Origin: Carcharhinus amblyrhynchos
Taxonomy: Eukaryota
DNA: 64,000 bases
NCBI GenBank assembly: GCA_965287045.1
Contig: OZ336871.1
Coordinates: 42,408,001-42,472,000, forward strand
Reading direction: 5' to 3'
Shown here piece after piece: positions 28,081-40,568 of the stretch (its first letter is position 1; each line of letters begins with the position of its first letter). Below the pieces are notes generated by a model that searched no databases, was not told the DNA's origin, and was given only the letters and a program-made list of their open reading frames with translations. The position numbers and the translations under genes were made by a program.

Positions 28081-29160
28081 TAATTTCTCCAAATTAGCTA
28101 CTGAAAGGTATCCCTTTCAGCTGTGTGGTAATAGTGTTGCTTGTAATCCTATCAGAGTACTGAGAATGGGACCCCTTTTACTTTGAGGAACTTTGGAGTA
28201 AATTGCCAACTTTTTGTTTTTAAAGATTGAGGTCCTGCTGGGAGTACAAAGGTTGAAGGCCATTGTAATGTCAGCAAAAAATACTTGCAATCCAAATAAA
28301 GTACAAAGATCTGCAAAGTTGATTTTACTGTACAATGTCATGCACCAGCCCCAAATGTAGACTGAAAATATCCAATTTTGTGCCAAATTAGCTGTATTTT
28401 TGTGCAATGGGTCAAGACCAACTTGTTAATGGAATGGAACTAATTTCAAGGAGAATTAAGAGAGGGGTTTATACTCCTCAGTTTAGGCACCATTCAAGCC
28501 CAGGTGTCAGGTGAGGTGAACATGCTAATCCAGTACATTAACCTGTTCCTCCCTCACCAACAGCACAACAAAGGGGTCACTTCTAGCAGATCAGAGTACG
28601 TGTACAGTCAATAAGCTCTTAGTATTTTAGGATCATTACATTTCCCTTTATTAATTTAAAATGTGAAATAAAAACATGGAAATGCAATATTATTCAGAAT
28701 TTTCCACGTTATAACAAACAGAAAGTGACAGCATCTATCCACATCAGGATTAAACATTATGATGGGATATCAAATAAAACTTAACGGGTGCTCCGTTTAA
28801 AGGAAAATTGAAAAATGGGTGGCAAGTGGTTTACTGAATATTTCCGTTTTATGAGCCTGTGATGGATTTAAGTAATAATATGAAATCTGATCAATTCCTC
28901 CAGCAACTTAAAATGTTTCAATATATTTATTTTATGTCTCTGGACACTGGTTTCTGTGGGAGATTTGGTAATCAAAAATGTGCACATCATAGATGAAAAA
29001 AGAAAAATATTTTCATTAACATGACATTCAGTCATAACAGAGTAATAATTTTACAATGTGAAAATGAACTAAATATTTGAATTGAAGAGCAGAAATGAAG
29101 CAATTTAAATTTGAGTCTTTACAATCTATGGTCTGTTCTGTTTCACTGTTGAACATCCTG

Positions 29161-29897
29161 TCAGAAGAGGGCTGGATTGGTATGTTCTATAATACATCTT
29201 TTGCAATGGCGTTTCACAAACCGCAGTGCCTCAACAGAGATGTCACAGTCCTGCACATTCAACATCTGAAGCTCAAAGCAGTTGGCAGCAACAATTTTTA
29301 AACCACGGCCAGTGATGCTCTCGCATGACTTTAGACTCAGTCGCTTCAGGTTGTAACAGTTCAATGCTAAAAACTCCATGCCTGCATCAGAAACTAATGG
29401 ACACTTCCCAATATCTAGGGACTTCAGTTTTGTGCAATTTTTGGCAAGGTACTCAATCCCATGATCGGTTATTCCTTCGCAACCCCGAGCATTCAGATAG
29501 CGCAGTTTGCTGCAATACTTGGCAATGTAGCGGATACCCACGTCTGTGATCCGGCCACAGTGAGCAATGCTGAGATACTTCAGGTTTGCTTCCAATTTTG
29601 CCACCTCTCTCATCCCAAAATCACTTACTGCACGGCAGTCACTAACACTCAGTTCTTTGATTGTTGTGCAATAAAGCATCAGGTAACGGAGGCCCTCATC
29701 TGTGACACGTATACACCTGCGTAGGTAGAGATGGGTCAGCTGGGTGCAGTGAGCTGCTATCGTATGCAAACCCTCATCTTCAAGTACAAAGCAATCTGTC
29801 ATGTTCAGGTAGCGTATGGAGATTTGTTTTCCATGAAGTGGAGAGAGTTTGATGGAAGCTTCCCTTGTCAGACTAATGCAGGTTATCTTGGAACAAC
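29161..29897 (-). CDS. FBXL7: F-box/LRR-repeat protein 7, last coding exon (737 nt including TGA)
   Basis: Acceptor tttcttatctag|GTTGTTCC. Reads (G)CSKITCISLTREASIKLSPLHGKQISIRYLNMTDCFVLEDEGLHTIAAHC...RHCKRCIIEHTNPALF*, closely matching the vertebrate FBXL7 C-terminus. Confidence 0.97.
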
Positions 29898-30395
29898 CTA
29901 GATAAGAAATTGAAAATGGTGTTTTAAACTATTAACATGTAGGACTCATTAAAATAACTACATGGAAACTTCAAACACAAAAACAGTCTATTCAGTCCAT
30001 TTTGTCTATTGCATCTCTCCCACATACTATCCTACATGAACTTGAGGACATCCAAAACTCTGCTGCCTGTAGCATAAGTCACAGGAAGTCTCGGTCCACT
30101 ACCACCCCATGCTTGCTGACCTATGTGGCCTCCCAGTCAATCAATATTATGATTTTAAAATTCTCCATGTTTTCTCTCCATGACCTTGCCCCATGCAACT
30201 CTATAATTTTCTCTAAACTGTCAATCCTCCAAGATATTTGCATTCCTCTAATTCTGGCTTCTCCTGTATTCCCAATTATTAATACTTCACTATCAATGAT
30301 TGTGCCTTTAATTGTTCACACCCCCAAGCTCTGGAATTCTCTTCCTATACCTCTCTGCCTCGCTTTCTCATTTTAAAACACTTCTTAAAAACCAC

Positions 30396-31356
30396 AGGTT
30401 GTATTTTATTGGCTACCTGTGGGCAAGTAAATGGGCAGACAGACCCATGACTTGGGATGCTGTGCCATCAGCAGTGTACTTGCTGTTGGTCCACCTGTTC
30501 TGTCTGTGCCCAACTAAGTGCCTCATTGTGCTGCCGCTCAGATATTACAGGCAATAGGAGAGGTCTGCACCCAAAGGGTAGCCAGTATGTTCAATCCAGT
30601 GGGCTGCTGGCCACTGAAAGGGAGGAGCCTTTTTTCCTGGCCTGCTGTGTCAGAGGACCCCCTTTGACAGTTTTGCTTCACACATCTACCCCGCCCCCTG
30701 CCATGTCTAACATGCCCTATACCTCTCGTCACCAGGGCCTGTCAACTTAGCCTCAGTGGATCCTGACTTAATTGAATGTCTGGGCTCATTGTTGAATGAG
30801 GCCAGACACTGTAGGCCTTAAAGGCCTACCAGCACAGGTCAACATTTCTGTTTGGTGCTGCAGGTTCACAGAACTGCTGGCATCCAATTGGTTGGCAGAT
30901 TAGAATACATAGAAACCCTACAGTGCAGAAGGCGGCCATTTGGCCCACTGAGCCTGCACCAACAATAATCCCACCTAGACTCTATTCCCCCAACCTCATG
31001 CATTTACCCTAGCTAGTTCCCCCTGACACTAAGGGGCAATTTAGCATGGCCAATCCACCTAACCGGCACATCTTTGGAGTATGGAAGGAAACCCAAGCAG
31101 ACATGGGGAGAACATGCAAACTCCACACAGACAGGGACCTGAGGCAGCAGTGCTAATCACTGTGCTACTGTGTCACCCTATGCAGTTCTGAGGTTGGATG
31201 TCCTTCTCGAAATGGTTGGAAGCTCCCCTCGCCTCATTAACGGAAGTTGTTTCAATCAAAAAATTAAACTAGGGCAAGGTGGCTAAGTGGAGGTGGGCAT
31301 ACCCTGAAACTTACACTTGGATGTGAGGAGTCAACTCTCTCCACAAAATCCAGCCT
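30396..31356. mobile_element. PIF/Harbinger-like MITE
   Basis: Imperfect TIRs aggttgtatttt / aaaatccagcct with 3-bp flanks cac/tac. Removing it restores the L2. Confidence 0.65.
30902..31180 (-). mobile_element. HE1-type V-SINE nested in the MITE
   Basis: Reverse complement of the SINE (ggggcaatttagcatggccaatc...gcaaactccacacagacag...gaggcagcagtgcta) with internal deletions. Confidence 0.85.
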
Positions 31357-32785
31357 TACCTCTGACCAAGCCTCTGATCATCTGGTCTCACGTTCCTTTT
31401 GTGACGCAGCGGCACTTTGTTTTACAATGCTTCTGTGAAGTGTCTTGTGGCATTTCATAATATCAAAAACACTATATAAGTCACTGTTGAAGAGAAGCAA
31501 TCTGTCCACGACAGGGGTCTTATCCGCTTTGAGTTATTTAATATTTCTCCTCTATTTTAAATGCAGTAATATCATTTTGAATCTCATCTTCCAGTGTAAT
31601 GTCAACCTGATCTGTCCTCCTGCTAAACACTGAAATTATTGAATCTTTCTACAATGGGTGGAGATTAGGAATAACAAACAGCAGAATATACTGATTGGTG
31701 CAGTTTATAGGTCCTGAACAGTAGTTGTGGACAGGAAAAAACAAATTAGTAAACATACAGCAAGCAAATTAGGCCACTCAAATATTTTTTGTCATTTGTC
31801 TGATTGTGACCTGAATCTTAGTTTCCTGCCTACTCCCAATACCTTTCAATTCCTTTCTTAGTCAAGAATCTATTGAACTCAGCCACTAATATATTCAATG
31901 ACCCAGCCTCCACTGCTCCCCAGGCAAGAAATTGCAACAGACCCTCAGATAAAGCAAATTCTCATCTTTATCTCTGATAGGAGACCCATTATTTCTAAAC
32001 CATGTCCCCTACTAGTTCTAGTTTCTTTCAGCAATGGAAACATCCTTTCAGCATCTATTCTGTCATCCCTCAAGATCTTATATGTTTCAATAAGATCACA
32101 TCTCATTCTACATTTCAATTGTCCAACATAACACTACAACTACATCCCAGACATCAGTTGAGTGAACCTTCTCTGCTCTGTTTTTAATGCCACTGTATCC
32201 TTAAAGAAGAATAGAAGAGTACTCCAGATGTTGTTACCCAAAGCCCTGTACAAACATAGTAAAACTTGCTTACTTTTATATTCCATCTTCCTTATAATAA
32301 ATGCCAAAGATTCTACTTGCCTCCCAAATCACTTGCTGCACCTGTTTTTTTGTGATTCATGTATCCGACACCTGGGTCTTCTGTACAGAATTCTGAATTC
32401 CCTCTCCATTTAAATAATATGTTACTTTATTCTTATTCCTGCTTAGGTGGACAAATTCACGCTTTCCCACACGATAAACCATATGCCAAATTTTTCTCCT
32501 TCACTTAATCTATCCATATTCCTTTGAGATTTGGTATAATTTGGCCAGAACTTCTGATTTTTTGACTAATTGTCAACTTAGGCTGGAAAAGTGGTGTGTG
32601 GTCCAGCGCCTCCATACCAACTTTTCCTGCTTTTGTTTTGGTCAAAAGAAATACTGGAGGCAGGTCATATGATGTGAATTGATGTGGCGGGCTGTCAATG
32701 ACATTGAAAAAATAAACATAAAAAGAAACGCTCCCCCCATGGACGTGGGAATCACATTCTCTTCTCCTGGCCCCATGCACACGTT

Positions 32786-33770
32786 CCACAGAACCACTGA
32801 ATCCCTACACTAACGAAGGAGGCCATTCGGTCCATTGAGCATGCACCAAAACTCCGAAAGAGCACCATACCAGGTCCAACTCCTGCTATATTCCCAAAAC
32901 CACATGCATTTACCATGGCTAGTCCACCTAATCTACACATAATTTTGGACCCTGAGGGGCAATTTAGCTTGGTGAATTCAAGGAACAAAACGGCACAGGA
33001 AACAAGCCCTTTGGCCCTCCAAGCCTGCGCTGCTCATGCTTCCAACTAGACTATTCATTTGTATCCCTCCATTCCCAGACTGTTCATGTGGCTATACAGA
33101 TAAGTCTTAAACAATCCCAGCATGTCCACCTCTACCACCTTGCTTAGCAGTGCATTCCAGGCCTCCACCACCCTCTGTGTAAAATACATCCCTCTGACAT
33201 CTGTGTTAAACCTTGTCCCCCTCACCTTGAACCACTGATCCCTTGTGTTTGTCACTTCCAACCTGGGAAAAAGTTTCCCATTGTTCACTCTATCTATGCC
33301 CTTCATAATTTTATACACCTCTATCAGGTTGCCCCTCATCCTCCGTCTTTCCAGAGAGAACAACCCAAGTCTACCCAATCTCTCCTCATAGCTAAGATCC
33401 TCCATACTAGGCAACACCCTGGTAAACCTTCTCTGCACTCTCTCCAAAGCCTCCATGTCCTTCTGGTAGTGAGGTGACCAGAACTGGACCAGAAGCAGTA
33501 TTCCAAATGTGGCCTAACCAACGTTCTATATAGCTGCAACATCATGTGCCAACTTTTATACTCTATGCCCCATCCTCTAAAGGCAAGCATGCCATATCAC
33601 TTCTTCATATGGAAGAATTCACCCAATGTGCACATCTTTAGTCTGTTGGAGGAAACTGGAGCAGCTGGAGGAAACCCACACAGACACTTGAGAATGTGCA
33701 AACTCTACTCAGACCCAAGGCCGGAATTGACCCTGATTCCCTGGCACTGTAAAGCAGCAATGCTAGCCCT
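32786..33770 (-). mobile_element. HE1-type SINE split by a CR1 insertion
   Basis: SINE 3' part at 32786-32980 and 5' part at 33615-33770. gaattca is duplicated at 32974-32980 and 33615-33621. Confidence 0.75.
32981..33614 (-). mobile_element. 5'-truncated CR1
   Basis: MLQLYRTLVRPHLEY...ALERVQRRFTR...FTQRVVEAWNAL, with a 7-bp TSD. Same subfamily as 37157-39790. Confidence 0.92.
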
Positions 33771-34641
33771 AGTGCATTTCAGATTCTCACCATCCTCTGA
33801 GTGATTTTTTTTTGTCAAATCTCCTCTGAATCTCCTGCCCCTCACCCTAAAACTATGCCCCCTCGTGATTAATCCTTGGATCAGTGGGTACTGCTGCTTC
33901 CTATCCACTATGCCCATATCCTTCATTATCTTATATACCTCAAGCATGTTCTCCCCTTAGCCTTCTCTGAAGTTCCCAGAACTGATCCCTCAGCTTGCCA
34001 ACCTAAAGAAGACCCATTTATCCATACTCTGTTTCCTGTTAGTAAATCAATTCTTCATCCATGGTAATATGTTACTCCCTACACCATGACCTTTTGTTTT
34101 TTTGGTATCTTGTGAAATGCATTTTGGAAAATCCATAGGTTCTCCTTTTGCCGTGTTGGTTCTTGCTTCCACAAAGAGCATGCTAATAAATACAAACACA
34201 AGTTCCCTTCCCCAAAACAATGTTGGCACTGCCAAATTTCAAGGTGATTTTCCTGCTGCTCTGATTTAACCTCCTTGACGATAGTTTCCAGCATTTTCCC
34301 TATGACCGATATTAGGCTAACTGACCTGTAGCTTCCAGCTTTCTCTCTCACTCCTTTCTTAATATGGAAGTGACATTCACTATCTTCCAAACTGATGGAA
34401 CCTTTCTGGAAACTAGGAATTTTTGGCTAATTAAAACCAATGCATCTATTACCTCAGTTGCTGTCCTTTTCCAAACCTAGGATGAAGTCATTAGGACCTG
34501 GAGAGTTGTTTGAATTTTAGTTTTAGCCTTTAATACTAATTATTTTCTTAGCACCCTTTCCCTGGTGGTTGTAGTTATTTTAAGTTCTTTCACCTCTTGA
34601 TTTACAATTATTTCTTGGAAGTCGTTTGGGTCTTCAACAGT

Positions 34642-34863
34642 AAACAGTAAGAAGTCTCACAACACCAGGTTAAAATCCAACAGTTCATTTCAGAGTGCTG
34701 CTCCTTCATCAGTTGAGTGGAGAGGTAGGTTTCACACTCCATTCACTTAATGAAGGAGCAGCGCTCTGAAAGCTCATGATTCCAAATAAACCTGTTGGAC
34801 TTTAAACTGGTGGTGTGAGAATTCTTACTGTGCCCACCCCTGTCCAATGCTGGCATCTCCATA
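34642..34863. mobile_element. Palindromic mini-Penelope (two inverted pLTR ends)
   Basis: Arms are reverse complements around about 34730. 11-bp TSD tcttcaacagt at 34631-34641 and 34864-34874. Confidence 0.88.
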
Positions 34864-35650
34864 TCTTCAACAGTGAAGACAGATGGCTGGAACTTTCTAG
34901 CCATTCAGATGGGATCTTCTGGTGCTGCCAATGGCAAATTCCCATCATGGGTTTTATGATGGTGAGAGGTGTATTAAAGGGAAACCCTGCGCATAATGGC
35001 AGAATGTGAAGATTCTGCCACTGACCAATGGTGGTCTTCTCTTTCCACTGCAAAATCCTGCCTAATATCTGTCCAATGCACCTGCCATTTCCTTATTTCC
35101 CAATATTATTTCTCCAAAGTTAATCTCCAGATGAGAAATGCATACATTAGTTGTTGCTTTCCTTTTTAAGTACCTGTAGAAGATATTACTATCTGTTTAT
35201 ATTTCTAGCTAGCTTTCTCACATACTCTAATTTTTATTTCATTATTTTAAAAATCATTCTTTGCTGGTTTTTAATTTTATATGTAGTCTGGAATATTTTC
35301 ATGAACTTCTTGAACAGTATCTTTTCTAACCAACTAGGTATTTTAGATCTTCTATTGTGTAATGAGGCAAACATAGAGGATAAGACCCTCTGGCAAAAGG
35401 TGATTATAACATCAATTGAATTCCATATTAAATTTGAGAGCAACATACCAAACAAGAAACTTCACATTAAACAAATCCAATCATATAGGTATGAGAGGAG
35501 AAATGGCTAAGGTTGATTGAGTAAATAGGCCAATAGGAATGGCGAACAGTGAAAACATTTAAGGAAACAATTCAAAATGATGAGCAAGAAAGCATTCTAT
35601 TAAAAAACAAAATTCAGCAAGGAAGAGCCATTTGTGACTTACTAAGGAAG

Positions 35651-35931
35651 GGCACAACACCAGGTTAAAATCCAACAGGGTTTATTTGGAATCATAGACT
35701 TTCAGAGTGCTGCTCCTTCATCAGGTGAGTGACTCACCTGACGAAGGAGCAGCGCTCCTAAAATTCATGATTAAAGTTAAAGTTTATTTATTTGTCACAA
35801 GCAAGGCTTACATTAACATTGCAATGGATTTACTAAGAAATTCCCCTAAATATGAGATTCCAAATAAACCTGATGGACTTTAACCTGATGTTGTAAGACC
35901 ATCCCAGTCCAACATTGGCATCTCCACATCA
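35651..35931. mobile_element. Palindromic mini-Penelope with a SINE tail in its right arm
   Basis: Centre tcaggtgagt-g-actcacctga at 35721-35741. TSD ttactaagg at 35639-35647 and 35932-35940. 35772-35850 is the reverse complement of the SINE tail seen at 56273-56320. Confidence 0.88.
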
Positions 35932-36009
35932 TTACTAAGGTAGTTAAGGATAATACTGGATTACAAAAAGAGGCTAATAATATTGCAATGAATAATATTA
36001 AGCCAGGAA

Positions 36010-36345
36010 TCATAGAGTCATAGAGATATACAGCATGAAAACAGACCCTCTGGCCTGTTTCCCGAAACTGAACTAATCCCATTTGCATGCATTTGGCCTA
36101 CATCCTTCTAAACCTTTCCTTTCCATTTACTTGTCCAAATGTCTTTTAAATATTGTAGTTATACCTGTCTCTATCACCTCCTCTGGCAGCTCATTCCATA
36201 TATGCACCAACTTGTGTGTGAAAAAGTCGCCCCCAGATTTCTTTTAAATCTTTCCCCTTTCACCTTAAATTGATGCCCTCTAGTTTTGAACTCCCCAGCC
36301 CAGGAGAAAAAACCTTGGCTATTCATTTTTTCCATGTACCTCATG
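36010..36345 (-). mobile_element. CR1 3' end
   Basis: KTRGHQFKVKGERFK motif and (catagagt)n tail. Confidence 0.85.
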
Positions 36346-37156
36346 ATTGAGATTGGGAGTTTTATAAAAAAGTAAAGGAATGTACAATTGTAATTCCTGA
36401 CATACACCTCAGTTTGGGAATTGCCCATGTGACTTCAGGCTGCCATGGGAGTGAAACCTAAACAGAAACCCACTGAGTTGGGTGCCAGTTGTAGCACCTT
36501 TCACAGAATATTACAACTGTTGCAGAGATGCAGGCAGGAGAAGAATCAAAATTCTCCCAGAAACAGGCCTTTGCTGTGCTGTCAGAAATGATGGGATGCA
36601 GATGTAAAGTTCTCAATCGAGTAAACAAAACCAATAGAACATTTCAGAGGACAATTTGGAAATTCTAGATTATCAGGGCTATTATGACCTGAGGAAGAGG
36701 GGGTTTTGACTATCACCTAGTTGGTGACAACGATATCTGGGAAACTCAGGTAGAGTGGAAAGATTGTTGAAGGGCACTGGAAATTTTAACCTGCCTTAGT
36801 CGGCAGAGGTGAACATCAGCTGGAGAGCAGGAACCTTGTGACTGTGTCTTTAATATCACATATCTACAAGAGGCATGGCATAGAGGAAAATAATTTCATA
36901 AAATATACCTTGGTTGTGCTAATTAATGTGAAACTCCTTTTTTCTTTAATTTGATGTCAGTTATTTGGTAATTACTGTTTGAACTATGTTGATTTTCGTT
37001 TGTTTCTTCAGTTACAGTCTTAAAAAGTGAAACCTTGTCCATCATTATTGAAGTTGAGGGGGTTCCTTTCTTTCAAAAAGTTATTGCTCTCAGGGGGATC
37101 TTGAAAAAAAAATTAGCAAGCCCAGTCATGGCCCCTTTTCGCCTTTTAAATTACCC

Positions 37157-39790
37157 AAAGAACAAAGAACAATACAGCACAGGAACAGGCCCTTCTACCC
37201 TCTAAGCCTGTGCCGCTCATGCACCCAACTAGACCATTCGTTTGTATCCCTCTATTCCCAGTCTGTTCATGTGGCTACCTAGATAAGTCTTAAATGATCC
37301 CAGCATGTTCACCTCAACCACCTTGCTTGGCAGTGCATTTCAAGCACCCACAACCCTCTGTGTAAAATACGTCCCCCTTCGTTCCACATCTGTGTTGAAC
37401 CGTGCCCCCTCACCTTGAACTTGTGACCCCTTGTGTTCGTCACCTCCAACCTGGGAAAAAGTTTCCACTGTTCACCCTATTTATGCCCTTCATAATTTTA
37501 TACATCTCTATTAGGTCGCCCCTCATCCTCCGTCTTTCCAGGGAGAACAACCCCAGTTCACCCAATCTCTCCTCACAGCTACAACCCTCCATATCAGGCA
37601 ACATCCTGGTAAACCTTTTCTGCACTCTCTCCAAAGCCTCCACATCCTTCTGATAGTGTGGTGAACAGAACTGGACGCAGTATTCCAAATGTGGCCTAAC
37701 CAACGTTCTATATAGCTGCAACATCATATGCCAACTTTTATACTCTATGCCCTGTCCTATAAAGGCAAGCATGCCATATGCCTTCTTCACCACCCTCTCC
37801 ACCTGTGCTGCCACCTTTAAGGATCTGTGGACTTGCACAGTCAGGTCCCTCTGTGTGTCTATACTCCTGATGGTTCTGCCATTTATTGTATAGCTCCCCC
37901 CTACATTAGATCTACTGAAATGCATCACTTCGCATTTATCTGGATTAAATTCCATCTGCCATTTCTCTACCCAATTTTCCAGCCTATCTATATCCTGCTG
38001 TATTCTCTGACAATGTTCATCATTATCCGCAACTCAGCCATCTTTGTGTCGTCCTCAAACTTACTGATCACACCAGCTACATCTTCTTCCAAATCATATA
38101 TGTATATCACAAACAGCAGAGGTCCCAGTACAGAGCCCTGCTGAACACTTCTAGTCACAGACCTCCAACCAGAAAAAGACTGCTCCACTGCTACCCTCTG
38201 TCTTCTATGATCAAGCCAGTTCTCCACCCATCTAGCTAGCTCACCTTTTATCCAGTGAGATTTAACCTTTTGCACCAGCCTGCCATGAGGGACCTTGTCA
38301 AACACTTTACTAAAATCCATACAGACGACATCCATGGTCCTTCCCTCGTCAATTGTTTTTGTCACCTCCTCAAAAAACTCAACCAAACTTGTGAGGCATG
38401 ACCTCCCTTGTACAAAACCATGTTGTCCATCGCTAATGAGATTATTCAGTTCTAAATGTGCACATATCCTATCTCTAAGAATCTTCTCCAACAATTTCCC
38501 TACCACGGATGTTAAGCTCACCGGCCTATAATTACCCGGGTTATCCTTGCTACCCTTCTTAAATAACGGGACTACATTTGCTATCCTCCAATCCTCTGGG
38601 ACCTCACTTGTGTTGAGACAAAGATTTCTGTTAGAGGCCCAGCAATTTCATCTCTTGTCTCCCTGAGCAGTCTAGGATAGATGCCATCAGGCCCTGGGGA
38701 TTTGTCTGTCTTAATGTTTCCTAAAAAATATAACACTTCCTCCCTTGTAATTGAGATTTTTTCTAACGGGTCAACACATCCCTCTGAGACACTAGCAGTC
38801 AACATGTCCCTACATGTCCCTCTCCTTTGTGAATACTGATGCCAAGTATTCATTTAGGATCTCACCTACTTCGTTGGGTTCTAAGCATAATTCCCCTCCT
38901 TTGTCCCTGAGAGGTCCGACTCTTTTTCTGACAACCCTCTTGTTCCTAACATATGTATAAAATGCCTTAGGATTCTCCTTAATCCTGTCTGCCAAGGACA
39001 TTTTGTGTCCCCTTTTTGCCCTTCTAATTCCCTGTTTGAGTTCTACTTCCTCAGTATTCTTCCAATGCGCCATCTGTTTTTAGCTGTCTGGACCTTACAT
39101 AAGCCTCTTTTTTCTTTTTGATTAGACCCATAATTTCACTGGTTATCCATGGCTCTTGAATCCTACCTTTCCTATCCTTTTTTTATAGGCACATACCTGT
39201 CCTGCAGCCCTATCAACTGCTCCTTAAAAGACTCCCACATGCCAGATGTGGATTTACCCTCGAACAGCCTCTCCCAATCAACAGCCACCAAATCCTGCCT
39301 AATCTGGCTGTAGTTAGCCTTCCCCCAATTCAGCACCTTACCCATAGGACAACACTCATCTTTTTCCATTACTATCCTAAAGTTTACAGAATTGTGGTCA
39401 CTATTTGCCACATGTTCCCCTACTGAAACTTTGACAACCTCTCCGGGCTCATCCCCCAGTACTAGGTCCAGTGTAGCCCTCTCTCTAGTTGGACTATCAA
39501 CATATTGTTCCAAAGAACATTTTATAAATTCCTCCCTGTCCAGACCCCCAGCCCTAAGCGATTTCCAGACTATACTAGGGAAATTAAAGTCTCCCACTAT
39601 AACAACCCTATTTTTTCTGCACCTGTCCAGAATCTCCTTACATAGCCGTTCCTCCACTTCCCATGGGCTGTTGGGAGGCCTGTAGTATATATACCCCCAG
39701 CATAGTGACTGCACCCTTCCTGTTTCTGAGCTCCACAGTGACTCGTTACATGACTCTTCCAAATTGTCCACCCTCTGTTTATCCATCCAT
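37157..39790 (-). mobile_element. Long CR1 ORF2 pseudogene (APE endonuclease and RT, frameshifted)
   Basis: YYRPPNS..VGDFNFP..LDLVL..NSDHNSV endonuclease; DFSKVFDKVPH, QGSVLGPLLF and FEDD RT motifs; (caaagaa)n tail. Confidence 0.95.
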
Positions 39791-39899
39791 CTGTTTGCGG
39801 CTCCCACCTCCTATACAAATTTGCCTTCTGGCCAATTAGTAGCTAACATTTTGAATATTGCATTGTGTCACTGATGCTGACAAGGTGAGGGCTTGGGAC

Positions 39900-40568
39900 C
39901 CAGAATACAGGTGGCCAAGGTGATTAAGAAGGCATATGGCATGCTTGCCCCTATCAAACAGGGCACTGAGTATAAGAATTAGGAAATCATGTTGCAGCTA
40001 TATAAAACTTTGGTTAGGCTGCATTTGCAGTATTGTGTGCAGTTCTGGTCACCACATTATCTGAAGGATACAGAAGCTTTGGAGAGAATACAAAGAAGGT
40101 TCACCAGGATGTTGCCTGGTCTCAAGGGCGTTGGCTATGAGCAGAGATTGAATAAACTAAGATTGTTTTCACTAGAAAGACAAGAGGCTGAGGGGGGACC
40201 TGATAGAGGTCTACAAAATTATGAGGCATAGATAGGGTGGATAGTCAGAGGCTTTTTCCAAGAGTGGAAGCGTTAATTACAAGGGGGCACAGGTTCAAAG
40301 TGAGAGGGGGAAAGTTAAAGGGAGATGTGCGGGGGAAATTTTTCACACAGAGAGTAGTGAGTGCCTGGAATGCATTACCAGAAGATGTGGTGGAAGCAAA
40401 CACATTAGCAACATTTCAGAGGCATCTGGATGGGTACATGAATAGTGAGGGAATAGAGAGATACAGACCAAGTAAGAGCAGAAGGTTTTTTTAAGTTTAA
40501 TTAGGGCATCACGATCGGCACAGGCTTGAAGGGCTGAAGGACCTGTTCCTATGCTGTACTGTTCTTTG
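39900..40568 (+). mobile_element. 5'-truncated CR1
   Basis: MLQLYKTLVRLHLQYCVQFWSPHY...FFTQRVVSAWNALP, tail tgctgtactgttctttg. Confidence 0.92.

Larger units (their letters stand above)
30000..31480 (+). mobile_element. L2 LINE 3' end, split by a MITE
   Basis: LEDIQNSAA...HTPKLWNSLP...FKTLLKNH, resuming at 31357 (tacctctgaccaagc...ctgtgaagtgtcttg...cactatataag). Confidence 0.8.
31780..35280 (-). mobile_element. Old fragmented CR1 hosting several younger insertions
   Basis: 3' part at 31780-32530; RT pieces (YRSVSLISVIGKMLETIVKE) at 33980-34640; continues at 35065-35280. Flanked by plus-strand CR1 endonuclease pieces at 31650-31730 (WVEIRNN..LIGAVYR) and 35330-35640 (ILDLLLCNE). Confidence 0.7.
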
